DNA of 64,000 bases, taken from NCBI RefSeq assembly GCF_006345805.1, contig NC_043004.1:5518001-5582000 (forward strand), read 5' to 3'. The DNA is from Octopus sinensis. Lineage: Eukaryota. The position numbers and the translations under genes are program-made. Of the stretch, positions 36,170-50,225 are shown piece by piece. Position 1 is the stretch's first letter. Each line of letters starts with the position of its first letter. The notes under the pieces were generated by a model. The model did no database searches and had not been told where the DNA came from. It was given only the letters and a program-made list of their open reading frames with translations.

Positions 36170-38302
36170 AAGCAATTAGAAGTATGAAGACAGAGAAAGC
36201 CCCAGGCCCATCAGGAATTACTGCAGAGATGCTCAAAATATCTGGCAGTGTTGACTATAGCCTAGTCACCCGTATAGTTAACCAGGTGATACACGAAGGA
36301 GTCATACCCAATGACTGGTGTTGTAGCATAATAGTTAACTGCTACAAAGGTAAAGATGACACTTTAGATACAAATAATTACAGAGGTATCAAGCTGTTGG
36401 GTCAGGTAATGAAGGTTACAGAGAGGGTCATAGCCCAACTGATTAGGGAGAGAGTCAGCTTGGATGAGATGCAGTTTGTTTCATGCCAGTGAAAAGCACC
36501 AGAGACGCCATATTTCTGGTAAGATAGCTGCAGGAGAAATACCTAGCCAAAAATAAGCCCCTGTACCTGGCTTTCGTTGACATTGAGAAAGCCTTTGATA
36601 GGGTCCTCCGATCCCTTATCTGGTGGTCAATGAGGAAACTAGGGATAGATGAATGGTTAGTGAGAGCTGTGCAAGCCATGTACAGGGATGCTGTAAGTAA
36701 GGTGAGGGTTGGCAACGAGTACAGTGAAGAATTCTGGGTAGAGGTAGGGGTCCACCAAGGTTCAGTCCTCAGCCCCCTCCAATTTATCATAGTCCTCCAG
36801 GTAATAACGGAGGAATTCAAGACAGGATGCCCCTGGGAGCTCCTCTTTGCCGATGACCTTGCTCTAATTGCTGAGTCACTATCAGAACTAGAGGTGAAGT
36901 TTCAAGTGTGAAAACAAGGATTAGAATCGAAGGGCCTTAGAATCAACCTAGCTAAAACCAAAGTCCTAATAAGTAGGAAGGCAGGCAAACCACAAATCCC
37001 TTCAGGTAGATGGCCCTGGTCGATCTGTAGTAGAGGCGTAGGTAGAGACTCTATAAGATGTACCCAGTGTAGGCTATAGACACATAAGAGGTGCAGTAAT
37101 ATCAAAGGAAGGCTAACTGGGAAGATAGTTTTTGTATGTGGCAGATGTTTGGGAGCAATAAATACTGAAAATGCGCAGAGAACAACTTCCGCCACATTCC
37201 AGGGAAAAAAACTAGAAGTAGTTGATAGCTTCCATTACCTAGGTGACCAAGTCAGTAGCAGAGGAGGGTGTGCTGAGAGTGTAGCTGCTAGAATAAGAAT
37301 AGCTAGGGCAAAGTTCAGAGAGCTCTTACCTCTGCTGGTTACAAAGGGCTTCTCGCTCAGAGTAAAAGGTAGACTGTATGACGCTTGTGTACGAACAGCC
37401 ATGCTACATGGCAGTGAAACATGGGCTGTGACTGCTGAGGACATGAAGCCAGTATGATCCGATGGATGTGTAATGTCAGTGTGCATACTCAACAGAGTGT
37501 AAGTACCTTGAGAGAAAAGTTGGACCTAAGAAGCATTAGATGTGGTGTGCAAGAGAGACAACTGCGCTGGTATGGGCATGTGGCAAGAATGGATGAGGAT
37601 AGCTGTGTGAAAAAGTGCCACACCCTAGTGGTTGATGGAACCTGTGGAAGAGGCAGACCCAGGAAGACCTGGGATGAAGTTGTGAAGCAAAACCTTCGAT
37701 CATTAGGCCTCACCAAGAAAATGACTAGTGACCGAGACTTTTGGAAATATGCTGTGCTTGAGAAAACCCGGCAAGCCAAATGAGACCATAACCTGTGGCC
37801 TATGCCAGGAGCATAACCAGCCCACTTATGCGTACCTTTTCCTTCTTTGGTCACTAAACTCTGTTTGCGAAGACCTGTTGAGGCAAGTGAAATCAAAATC
37901 AAATTCGATGACAGGTGTCTGTGCTAGCAGGGTGCAAAGAGCACCATACGAGTGTGATCATTGATAGAGCAGCTAACCGGCTTCCATGCTAGTGGCACAT
38001 AAAAGGACATCATTCAAGTGTGATCATTGCCAGTGTCACCTTACTGACACCTGTGCTGGTGGCATGTGTAAAAAGATTCGAGCGAGGTCATTGCCAGTAC
38101 CACCTGACTGGCCCCGTGCCGGTGGCACATAAAAAGCACCCACTACTCTCTCGGAGTGGTTGGCGTTAGGAAGGGCATCCAGCTGTAGAAACTCTGCCAG
38201 ATCAAGATTGGAGCCTGGTGCAGCCATCTGGTTTGCCAGCCCTCAGTCAAAATCATCCAACCCATGCTAGCATGGAGAGTGGACGTAAAACGATGATGAT
38301 GA
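36170..38302 (+). mobile_element. RTE LINE, 5'-truncated 2.1-kb copy (RT pseudogene)
   Basis: KAPGPSG, NYRGIKLL, GVHQGSVLSPL, FADDLAL and LHGSETW motifs, then the 3'UTR and (GAT)n; several frameshifts. Confidence 0.95.
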
Positions 38303-38333
38303 TATGTTTGTGAATATATGTATATGTATATGC

Positions 38334-38366
<33 letters not shown>

Positions 38367-38403
38367 CATATATATATACATTTATATACATATATATATA
38401 TAT

Positions 38404-38462
<59 letters not shown>

Positions 38463-38723
38463 AGATAGATAATATCATAGATAAATGTACATGTATATAT
38501 GTATGTATGTATGCATGCATACCCATATATTATTTACGTATATATGTGTATATGAATATATATAGATAGATAAATGTACATGTATATATGTATAATATAA
38601 TATATAATACATATGCATACATGCCCATATATTATTTACGTATATATGTGTGTATGAAACATGTATGTATATATATTATATATATATATATATATATAAT
38701 ATATATATATATATTAAGGAGAG

Positions 38724-38755
<32 letters not shown>

Positions 38756-39277
38756 ATAGATAGATAAATAGATAAATGTACATGTATATATGTATGTATG
38801 TATATACATACATACATGCATGCATGTCCATATATTATTTATGTATATTTGTGTGTATGAATACATGTGTATATATATATATATATATATATTATATCAT
38901 GAAAATACTTTATTGCTTAGTCAGAGAAGCAGAGAGGAAAGACCAGAGCTTATGATCCTCAGCAAGTCCTCTGAGACTGATGAAATGGAAGTAAGAGATG
39001 AAATTAATCTCAAACCAAAGACCTAGTCCAAATGGGGAGAGGCCAGACTTTCTGATAAACTAGAACCAAAATTGGCAGAAAAGCAGCATCAACACAAAAC
39101 TAGAATAAGTGCTTTCAAGCAATCACTTAACCAGAATTGTCACTCTTATTTTAGTTTCTATAGTTACAGGCAACATTGCTCTGCCAACAAGTCTGCAGTA
39201 AGTCTTTCCATTATAAAATTGATGGTCTCACAAGACTTACGGATGTGTCAAAAAAAAAAAAAAACAAAAAAAAAAAA

Positions 39278-39405
39278 CCATCCATCCATCCATCCATCCA
39301 TCCATCCATCCATCCATCCATCCATCCATCCATCCATTCATTCATTCATTCATCCATCCATCCATCCATCCATTCATTCATTCATTCATTCATTCATTCA
39401 TTCAT
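39278..39405. repeat. (CATC)n/(CATT)n microsatellite
   Basis: Directly visible. Confidence 0.9.
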
Positions 39406-39737
39406 ATATCTTCTCTAACTGTTATTCCTGAGAAGGTCAGTGGGGGTAGAGTTCTCTGGCATTTCCTGCATAGGGTCTTATCAGAAGCAATTATAAGACT
39501 TTTCCGCTGGATTCCCAAGCATGACCAACTGAAACTGCAGATATTAATCAACCATATCGTTGGATATATACATATATATATATATAATATATAGGTATAA
39601 GTTAGAGGTGTTTAAAACCTCTAAGGGATGGTTAACTCCAAAGGCATTCCTAGTGATTACCTGCGTAGGTACAGTCCTTGGTAAAAGGTATACGGTAGCA
39701 GGTAATTCAGCAGGTAAACCATAGTTTAAATTATGTG

Positions 39738-40101
39738 TAAGAAGAAAATGGAGGAAAAATAAAAGGAAGAAGTTAGTCGTTTGTGCTAGTAAGCCATTAA
39801 TTTAATTAATTAATAAAGAAGAGTGGTAGGTACATTGGTAACGAGAATAAAGACAAAGAATGGGGAGTCTTACATTATAGTAGATATCTTAGTCTTTATT
39901 CTCCTTACCAATGTATTCCTATGTCTTTCGCTCTTCTTACCTCTACATATGACTCTGCATTATGATGATGTCTACCACTACAACTGGTAAACAGAAATGA
40001 TCGTAAATGTACTATTACTAGCACTTTTCTTTATTAATTAATGGCTTACTAGTGCAAATGACCAACTTCTTCCTGTTATTTTTCCTCCTTTTTCTTTTTA
40101 C
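39738..40101. repeat. Imperfect fold-back with nested inverted repeats
   Basis: gttagtcgtttgtgctagtaagccattaat / attaatggcttactagtgcaaatgaccaac, and ggtacattggtaacgagaataaagac / gtctttattctccttaccaatgtattcc. Confidence 0.8.
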
Positions 40102-40149
40102 ACACACACACATACACACACATATATATATATACATATATATATACAT

Positions 40150-40445
40150 ATCATCATCATCATAATCATCCTCATCATCATAATCATCCTCATCATCCTT
40201 TAGCGTCCACTTTCTATGCTGGCATGGGTTGGACAGTTTGATTGAAAACTGGTAAGCCGGTAGAGCAAGGGCTGCACCAGGTTCTGATCTGATTTGGTGA
40301 GGTGTCTATGGCCAGGTGCCCTTCCTAACACCAACCTTTCTGAGAGTTGTAGTGGGTTTTTTTCATGTGCCACTGGCATAGATTCCACTGACCTGACACC
40401 AGCATCATCCATCACTCCAGTCTCATTTCGCTTGACAGGTCTACA
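40150..40445 (-). mobile_element. RTE 3' tail copy
   Basis: (CAT)n...tagcgtccactttctatgctggcatgggttgg. Confidence 0.8.
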
Positions 40446-40459
40446 CAAATATATATATA

Positions 40460-40790
40460 TATCATCATCATCATCATCTAGTGTTTTAAATCTGGGTTTT
40501 GTCCCCATTAACGGGGGTGGCTGGATCTACCTCAATGCTATAGTAACTGCCCTCACACTATCTTTTGGGTGTTCTCCTTTTTCAAACCAGCCCCTTCCAA
40601 TCTCCTCCTCCACCTGTCCCCTCAACTTTTTCCTCGGTCTACCTCACTTTCACGCTCCATTTACCTCAAACACAATCACTGTCCTCAGAACATGCTCTTC
40701 ATCACTCCTCAACACATGCCCATTCCACCTCACACCATTCGCCCTTTCCAACCATTCCAACGATTCCTCCAACCCCAGCACTCCCATCAA
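40460..40790 (-). mobile_element. 3' end of a different RTE family
   Basis: Minus translation resembles W.GHVLRSDEEHVLR...GRPRKK, followed by a (GAT)n tail. Confidence 0.7.
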
Positions 40791-40869
40791 ATCCTCATAC
40801 ATATATTCTTTTATTCTCTTTTACTCTTTTCTTTGTTTCAGTCATTTGACTGTAGCCATGCTGGAGCAC

Positions 40870-41520
40870 CATGCTGGTTTTCTGAAGTTAGAATTGCAAA
40901 CCATAAGATCATTTGCATCACAGAACTCCAGCAGCCTGGTTCCCGCCTCATTGTGGGAACCAAAACTGTACACCATATACACCATGGGAGCCCCCTGCAT
41001 GTTGTCCAACATGTCCATTAAAGTCACCAGCCGCAAAGAGAAGGTCCCTGTCATTTGTCAACGAGGTAGTCTGCAAGAGGGTATCATAAAATCAATCTTT
41101 CGTTCATCAGGTAGCCCTGGTTGAGGGGCATAGGGCGAGATAATGGTTGCTAACCCATGATGAAACACTAATCTTAAGTATTCTGTCGCATACTCTGACT
41201 ACCTCGATTACGTTATCAACCCATTTCTCCGCAAGAAGTATACCCACGCCCCCGACCCCGTCAGTATTCCCTGCCCAGAAAATCTTGTACCTGTGTTCTT
41301 TGCCTGTGAGGAACCTAGTGGAACCTCCTCTCCACCTTACTTCTTGGAGGCAGCATAAATCGACACATCTCTGTTCAAGCATCTCAACAATCTCACCAGA
41401 TCTACATTTCAGTGTGTCGACGTTGACTGTGCCAACTCTAAGGGTGTGGGAGGTGTGGGTCCATGAGACCCTGGGATGGGGGACAACACTTTTTAGGTAC
41501 TTCAATTGAGGCACCAAGGG
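40870..41520 (-). mobile_element. RTE 5' fragment with AP endonuclease
   Basis: LRVGTVNVDTL...DLCCLQEVRWRG...GGVGILL and NEAGTRLLEFCDANDLMVCNS motifs. Confidence 0.92.
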
Positions 41521-41792
41521 CGTTCAGTAAAGTCCATGCAGCTCAAAGTTAGGTGAATAAAAAGCAAATAAGTAACAAGAATGTCCAGGCATTGGTGATT
41601 ATGGCTGTTTCAAGTGGCTCCATTTAATCGATCAATGAAAACAATACATCAATATGAAATAAAACACTCTCCTCGGACACAGCCAAGTATATAGATTTCC
41701 AACATAAAGAATAAACCATTTTTTAGTGCTAGCAAACAAAATAAATAAATTGTTACTCTTTGGTATGTCCATGGTAGAATATACAATATATA

Positions 41793-41841
<49 letters not shown>

Positions 41842-42135
41842 TATATAGACATATATTAAATACACACACACACACACATATATATATATACATATACTAA
41901 ATATAATATATATGTTATATTATATACATATATTAAATATATATATACATATATTACATATATATATGTTTGTATATATATATGCATATATATATACAAA
42001 TATATATATGTATGTAAATATATATATATGTATATATATATACATATATTAAATATATATATACATATATTACATATATATATGTTTGTATATATATATG
42101 CATATATATATACAAATATATATATGTATGTAAAT

Positions 42136-42166
<31 letters not shown>

Positions 42167-42350
42167 TATATGTATATGTATATATGTATATGTGTATATG
42201 TATATATGTATATGTATATATGTATATGTATATATGTATATATGTATATGTATATATGTATATGTATATATGTATATGTATATATGTATATGTATATATG
42301 TATATGTATATGTATATATGTATATATATGTATATATATATACACACATA

Positions 42351-42449
<99 letters not shown>

Positions 42450-42473
42450 TAGTGGTAGTGGTAGTAGTAGCAT

Positions 42474-42775
42474 TAAAGCAGCGAGCTAACAGAGTCATTA
42501 GTATACCAGACAAAATGCTTAGCGGCATTTTATCTGTCTTATGTTCTGAGTTCAAATTCTGCCATGGTCGACTTTGTCTTTCATCCTTAGCAGTATTTCG
42601 TCTGCTTGGCAGTACTTCGTCTGCAGCTATGTTCTGAATTCAAATTCCACTGGAGTCGACTTTGCCTTTCATCCTTTCAGAGTTGATTAAATAAGTACCG
42701 GTTATGCACTGGGGTAATCAACTTAATCCCGTCCCCCAAATTTGAGGCCTTGTGCTTCCAGTAGAAAGGATTATT
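42474..42775 (+). mobile_element. SINE family C variant with internal head duplication
   Basis: Two successive ttctgagttcaaatt...gtcgactttg segments. Confidence 0.8.
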
Positions 42776-42839
42776 ATTATTATTATAAACTGTAAAAATT
42801 AATACAGAGAGTTGCTTATTTGTAAAAAAATATAACATG

Positions 42840-43145
42840 TGACTTCATTGACCGAGGTTACCGTGGTCTTTTCCGTAGGCTTTTCTTTCCACGGGTAAAC
42901 CTCACCTGTCCTCCCCTTTACACTTTATATTGACATTTCTGTGATAATGATCCCTATTGATCGATTTTTTTCTTTTTCCTTTTATTCCCCCCCACCCTTT
43001 TTTTTTTTGCTTTCCTTTTTCTTTCCTTTTACGATCCCTTTTGATCGAAAACCAAACCCCTTTTTTTTATCCCTAAAAAGAAAAGCTCTACCTTGTAACT
43101 TGTCCCGTCTGTGTGCAGCCCTGTGTGGCTAATAAAAAAACATAT
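42840..43145 (+). mobile_element. Unassigned retroelement 3' end sharing the SINE-C tail
   Basis: aaaagaaaagctctaccttgtaacttgtcccgtctgtgtgcagccctgtgtggctaataaa is similar to 50755-50822 and to SINE-C termini. Confidence 0.45.
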
Positions 43146-43168
43146 TATTATTATTATTATCATCATCA

Positions 43169-43212
<44 letters not shown>

Positions 43213-43879
43213 TCACATCTTAGTGTCTGCTTTGCACAGCCATATGTGAAAAGAGTTTTCAAAATTGTTTCTCTCTAGTTGAGTTACTGACACAATAAAA
43301 CTGCAACTTAATCTAAAAAGAATTATCAGAATATCAGAATATCAGAATATCAGAATATTAGAATATCAGATAAGTGAAATGAAATTTCAGATGTGGGAAA
43401 AAATAAATTCACCCAGAAATGAACCAAAAAAAAAAAAAAAATTCTGCTCTTGTATATTGATACCAGGCAAATTCATGGTATACTATAAAATAACTTTGCC
43501 CTTTAGGAATGTTACTGTTAAATAAATACAAAATATACTCTGCAGAGACTTCCAGGAGGTATTACACTTCTTAACATGTTCTTATCATTTATAAGATGTT
43601 CATAAAAATAAAATTGGTTATTAAATACTGTAATCATAAACCTTTACACTCTGATAGACAACAGAAAGATATACTTGTGTCATACTAACTTAATTGGCAG
43701 CTTCTGTACATCTAAAGAAGAAGAGACATTTGGGTGGATTATAAATTAAATTAGAGTTGATAAAGTTTAAAAATAAAATGAAAACAAACAGCCCCAGCCT
43801 CAAAATATGAAACCTTGGGTGCAGTTTCAGTAATATTAAGAGCGTGGAATCTTTATTGATATACTCTTAGAGAATTTGA

Positions 43880-44130
43880 TATCGGGAATTTTTATGGTAA
43901 AGGAACGTGAAAGGGCTTTGTTAAAAGTAAGGAATAGGAGTGTTTTGCAGAGATTCGGTTTAGATTATGTTTTTAAAAAGCAGTAGAGGAGTGTGAAAAT
44001 TTGGAAGATGGAGAATAAATATGGTAGTCTTGTGATATGGTTAAAGTCTACAGGAAGGAATGAAATTAGAAACTGAATAAATTCCAAAGGAATGAAATGC
44101 TGTTAATGAATTGCAGGGGGACTGTCAGAA
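43880..44130 (-). mobile_element. Possible old CR1/L2 3' remnant
   Basis: Minus translation includes SFLWNLF, resembling SF..R...LWN.LP; weak. Confidence 0.3.
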
Positions 44131-44817
44131 TCCTTATCAAGTTTTATTTCATTTTCTGTGTCCTCGGCAGTAATCTAGCTCACCCATCTTTGAAAACACG
44201 CAACATAGAAAGATACATTCAACTCATAAAGTTAAAATTAATTTCAGTGTTGAATAATGAATCTGAGGCATTGATTCTATCTACCTTAAAGATAGAGTGA
44301 GATATATTAAAATGCATGGTGTTTTATTGAGAAAACACCTGACATCTTAAAGATGAAGAGCAAACTGACTTCAATTGATTTAGTTAATTTCTCATTACTC
44401 TGAAAATACCCAGCCACACTCAATTTCAGAAATGAATGTAAAATTATCAAGGATAATTAATGTAAGATCTAATTAGTTGATATGTGTGTGCATGTGTACA
44501 TGCATGCATATGTACATGCATGCATGTGTGTGTGAGTGTGAATGTGTGTGTATGTGTGTGCATGTGCACATGTGTGTGTGACGTTATGTAGAGAATTTTT
44601 GCCACCCATCAAACATCTTGGTTTCTGGAACCAAACTAGTTGAAAATAAATATTATTTTTCCTCATTCCATGGAATGAACATTCAATGGCTGACACTTTT
44701 ACTTTATGGACTTAAAGATTGCAGCATAGATTTACAAAAAAGAAACAAAAAAATTGAAAACTCAAATCAGAACAACTGAGTCATGTTTATGTCTTGCAAT
44801 TAAGTTTCACTAATGAC

Positions 44818-45050
44818 TCATCATCACCATTTAATGCCTGTTTCCCATGCTGGCATGGTTTGGACAGTTTGACAGGAGCTGGTGAGCCAAGGGACTATGC
44901 TGAGCTCCAGTGTCTGCTTTGGCATAGTTTCTATAGCTGGATGCCTTTCCTAATGCCAGCACCTTTGCAGTGTGCATTGGGTGCTTTTTACATAACACCA
45001 GCACCAGTGAGGTTACCAAGATATTTGCAAGACAAGACCCTTAAAGTTTG
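44818..45050 (-). mobile_element. RTE 3' tail copy
   Basis: catcatcaccatttaatgcc...ctatagctggatgcctttcctaatgcc. Confidence 0.8.
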
Positions 45051-47011
45051 AAAATACCAGATGAAAATAATATAATGAAGTAGGCCTTATACTTTTAATT
45101 TTTAATACTTAAAAACATCGAAGAAGAAACAATTGAAACCATACTGATAACTTTTAAATAAATTTAATTTCTTCATGATTTTTAAGTGAATTTTTCACTC
45201 TCTGGAATCAATGCAGTCAAGTTTATATTTACTTAAAAAATCTCAATTTGTTGCTAAGAACTAAAATACTTTGTCCTTCATCTTTAAACTTCTGGCTAAT
45301 GAAGGAATCTCTACATGACAGTTCAAGTTGCTAGAAATAGAAGTCAGATCTCTTTAAGTTCATTCTGTCATCTCTTAAATAAGGTTCTTAACCTGGATGG
45401 TAGTGTTGTCTTGCTGTGAACTTATGAGGTAGTAGCAAATATCAAAGAACAATACGATAGGTGGGTGGGGGGTGGGGGGTCATATATATTAAAGGAAAAT
45501 GTGAGTTTTCTTAGAAATACAATATTTAAACTAAATGCAGTACTTTTAACCACATTTTCCAAAATAAAAAAGAAAAATTTGTTGGAATTAAAATATGAAA
45601 AGGAAAGACATCAAGTTATCAATGAGATCATTTGCATCACCTGTATTGACCAGACTTTTGGAAGTTTGTATACACTGCTGATCACAATGTCCTTCCAATT
45701 CTTTCTTCCTTGCCCCTTTCTTTTCTCTCTGAGCCCAAATCAATTCCCCGTCAATTTGGAGGTTTCCTGAGTAGGCTTTTTTGAACTTTTGGGGACCACT
45801 CAGCAATGATATTCTGAGCATAGATCTTTCCATGGCCCATTGTGTTGTAGCTGGATAGCCAAGAAGAAATCATGGCTAAACCAGTTGTTTCACATGATCA
45901 GCTGATTAACCAATCAATCAGTATCAAGCCATTATGTGATTCAACTTCCTAGAACTTTCTCACTGAGCCCTATATAAAGGTAGTTTTTGGTGGCAGCTCC
46001 AGAATGTGAGGCAATTGCTTGTAGAGTGTTGAGGCAGCCACCTGACATCTCCATTCTCATGGCAGTTCAGAAGGCACAGATTTTGTCTTCATGAATATAG
46101 TGTGATTATTTTTCATTTGTGATGGGCCAACCACAGATTGCTATACAGCAGTTAAATTGTCAAAGGTCTCAATAGTATGTCTTCCTCATTGTGTAATTGT
46201 TCCTTTTATTCTTCATCAAAAGGCCAACACAGAAAGCACTCTGTGCAGTAAATAAAGCTTCTGCTAATTGTTCGTGAGTGTTGTTTATCATTTTTACATA
46301 CAACTCTAGAAAAACATTTTCATTTTCCACCAACACCAAGTTCAAAATGAGGCCCCCCCAACAGTGTCATAGCTTTATCAATGTTCTTCATTGGCTGAAT
46401 AGTACAAGAAAATAAGGACAATAAAAAAATTGTGTAGAATTAATTTCTATTTGTTGAAATAACCTTTTTGATTCTTTTGTTACAAAACATGGAGAGGAAT
46501 TTGTAAACCATTATTCTATGAAAGGAGAAGGCTCAGAGTAGAAAGACAGTCTCTCCTGGAATTCCTTTGATTATAGGTCTAGTCAATCAGAGATAAACTC
46601 AAGCTAAATATCAACAATAATTCATGACTGTGACACTATAGTCAACATCACATTTGCTTGCAAAAGATGGACTGCAATTGCTTATAGCTTCAGTGTCTCT
46701 TATCTTCATTAAGTCATTCTCTATAATAGGTTCTCAAACGCTGAATAGTCGTAACTGAAATTCATTTGATCAACAACAACAACTTCAATAAATATAAATG
46801 TAAATATATGTATCAACTCTACTATATTTATTCAGTATATTTGACATTGTCACATACAGTTATACAGACAATGTATGTATTGATGTGTGTGGATTAATTA
46901 CTATACACACACACATGCACACACATATGTATTATATATTATATATATATATATATATATATTCTCATCATCATCATTTAGCGTCCGTTTTCCATGCTAG
47001 CATGGGTTGGT

Positions 47012-47046
<35 letters not shown>

Positions 47047-47107
47047 TATAATACAGCTGTCTGGTGTTTGGTGTCTTGTTCCATTTTGTAGTCCTTTATA
47101 TATATAT

Positions 47108-47152
<45 letters not shown>

Positions 47153-47215
47153 ATATATATATGTATGATATATATATATATATATATATAATATATAATA
47201 TATATATATATATCA

Positions 47216-47250
<35 letters not shown>

Positions 47251-47493
47251 CAATTATATATTATATATATATGTATATATAATATATGCATATATATATG
47301 TACATTATATATATATATACATATATATAATGTACATGTATATAATATATACACACATATGTTGCATATATAATATATATATATATACCACATATATATA
47401 TACACACACATATATATATACATATATATTATATATCAACTTAAATACTTAAAATCAAATATATATATGGGATTTTATATATGTATAATATAT

Positions 47494-47533
<40 letters not shown>

Positions 47534-47730
47534 GGGATTTTTAAGTATTTAAATTGATATATAATATATATATATATTTTACAGATGTACGTACTTAATA
47601 CTTATTTCTGATATTGTTAACAAGATAAGACCCAGCTAGTAGTGTGTAACAAAATAGATATGTTGTATAGGTGCATTTATGATATATATATATATATATA
47701 TATTTATATATGTATATATGTGTGTGTATG

Positions 47731-47793
<63 letters not shown>

Positions 47794-48242
47794 TATGTGT
47801 ATATATTTAACTATATAAACATATGAATAATGAATATATATTATATATTTATAAATATACAGATATATATGTGTTTGTGAGTGCATGCATGCACATTTGT
47901 CAGTGTGTATGTGTGTGCGGGTGAGTGTATGCACACGTGTGTGTAGAGAATATAGCTTTGTACCCGTATGAAACAACCCAAACATAATCACATGAGTTTA
48001 TATTTACAAGTGTGTCAGTTCATTAGTGAGTGTCATGTAAGTTTATGAGTGTGCACAAATGAATATGTATACAAGCACTAATATTTATTTCTCCAATTTT
48101 ACTTCTGATAAGAACTGGTCTAAATCACAAAGTTCCCATTGTTAAGATCTATAAAATGAAATATATTAAATAAAATGTTGAACTTGGGAAAATTCTTACA
48201 TATTTTCAGGTTTGCATTCATTTAATATACTGTATCTGTATC

Positions 48243-48468
48243 TTTTCCTTGTTTCAGTCATTGGACTGCAGCCATGCTGGGAGAGCACTTTGAAGGGTTT
48301 AGCCAAGCAAATCAAGCCCAGTTCTTATTTATTTTTCAAGTCTAGTATTTATTCTATTGGTCATTTTTGCTGAACCTTTAAGTTACGGGAACAGACATAA
48401 ACCATCAATGGTTATCAAGCATACAAAGATACACACATATACATATTTGTATACACACAGACACACAA

Positions 48469-48499
<31 letters not shown>

Positions 48500-48640
48500 T
48501 GTATGTATGTATGTATGTATGTATGTATGTATGTATGTATGTATGTATGTATTTATGTATGTATGTACATATGTATAGATAGATGGATATAGATATAGAT
48601 ATACATATAGATGGATAGATAGATAGGTAAATAGACAGAC

Positions 48641-48737
<97 letters not shown>

Positions 48738-48900
48738 CATTACAGGTCTCCGCACAGTTTCTGTCTACCAAATTCACTGTAGGTTACAGTAGAAGACTCT
48801 TGCTCAAGGTGCTACACTTGCTCAAGGTTCTGCACTTGCTCAAGGGACTGAACCCAAAACCATATGGTTGCAATCTTAATTTCTTAACCACATGACCATC
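48243..48900 (-). mobile_element. SINE family A with expanded (TATG)n/(GATA)n interior
   Basis: Tail ttgtttcagtcattggactg at 48250 and head gactgaaccc...ttaaccacat at about 48850-48890. Confidence 0.75.
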
Positions 48901-49309
48901 ATAACTTATTTATTCTATTGGGTTGGCCAAATTGTCTTCAGTTTTTGTCAGCACTAAAGTTCAGGCACTCTAATAAGTAGTTAACATAAAAATTCACCTG
49001 GAAGAGGTTTTTATCAATAAAGACAAGAAGTTCTTATGTCATTGATTGAATAAATCGCTTTTTGTTTAAAACTTGTTATATTTTTACTTAAAAAACAAAA
49101 CAAAAAAGCAAATGGAGATTTTGGCCAATACAATAGATCTGATAATAATTTTGCAATGCATTAATTTTAATATTGGTTTGTTCATTTGTTCATTTTATGT
49201 CTGTTTTTCTATGCTTGCATGGGTTGGATGAATATGTTGAGACATTGTTTTAGAGCTAGGTGCCCTTAGTAATGCTAATCCTTACCATTTTTTCTAGTAA
49301 GGGATCACA

Positions 49310-49467
49310 GGCATAGCTGTGTAGTTAAGAAGCTCGCTTTGCAATTACATCGTTTCAGGTTCAGTCCTGCTATGCAGCACCTTGAGCAAGCGTGTTTTAT
49401 TATAACTCTAGTCAACTAATGCCTTGTGAATGAAAATTTAGTAGACAGAAACTGTGTGGAAGCCCAT

Positions 49468-49563
<96 letters not shown>

Positions 49564-49790
49564 GTGTGTGTGTGCGCGTGTGTGTGTTTGTGTGTGCTTA
49601 ACCCCCCCACCACTTTATAAACAGTTTTTGATTAGTTTACAGCTTCATAACTTAGTAGTTTAGCAAAAGAGATCAATAAATTAAGTACTGGAGTTTAAAA
49701 AAGAAAAAGTACTGAGATGAATTTGGTCAACAAAGTGCCCCACCATGGCAGTAACAATCCAATGACAAGAACATGGTAAAGACAAACAAT
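49310..49790 (+). mobile_element. Old SINE family A with (TG)n interior
   Basis: ggcatagctgtgtagttaagaagc...caggttcagtcc...gtagacagaaactgtgtggaagccc. Confidence 0.7.
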
Positions 49791-49829
49791 AAAAAAAAGA
49801 CAGTATGTTCATTCATGTTATTCAATATT

Positions 49830-50225
49830 TATCATCGCCATCATTGTCATCATCGTCGTCATCATTTAACATCTGGTTTCCATGCTGGCATGGGTTGGAC
49901 AGTTTGACAGGACATGGCAAGACCAGGGGTCACATCAGGTTCCAGTTATCTGTTTTGGTATAGTTTCTATAGCTGGATGCCTTTCTTAATATCTTTCTTA
50001 ATGCCAACCACTTTACAGAGTGTGCCCCAGCACCAGTGTTATTATGTGGCACCAGCACAGATGCTTTTTACATGGCACCAGCATCATTGCCCTTTACACG
50101 GCACTGGCATGGGTGCTCCTTATGTGACACTGGCATGGGTGCTCGTTATGTGGCACTGGCACAGGTGTCTTCTACATGGCACCACCACAGGTGCTTTTTA
50201 CATGGCACTATTCAACCACCACATC
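49830..50225 (-). mobile_element. RTE 3' tail copy with degenerate hairpin units
   Basis: (CAT)n tail and repeated atgtggcac/catggcac units. Confidence 0.75.

Noticed and set aside
38972-39012. gagaCTGATGA...GAAAttaatctc hammerhead look-alike
   Set aside because: No stem II, and stem I is only 2 bp in the correct register.
39435-39545. CTGAGAAggtca...tgacc..GAAACTGCAG hammerhead look-alike
   Set aside because: The core is not CUGANGA and there is no UH/stem I match.
40294-41124. 276-aa plus-strand ORF
   Set aside because: Antisense read-through across an RTE tail, another RTE 3' end, a SINE tail and an APE fragment.
43322-43372. (ATCAGAAT)x6 tandem repeat
   Set aside because: A simple minisatellite with no further structure.
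45465-46430. Unique-looking stretch with ORFs 45465-45770 and 45588-45833
   Set aside because: No recognisable domain or splice pair; possibly an old DNA-transposon remnant, but it could not be supported.
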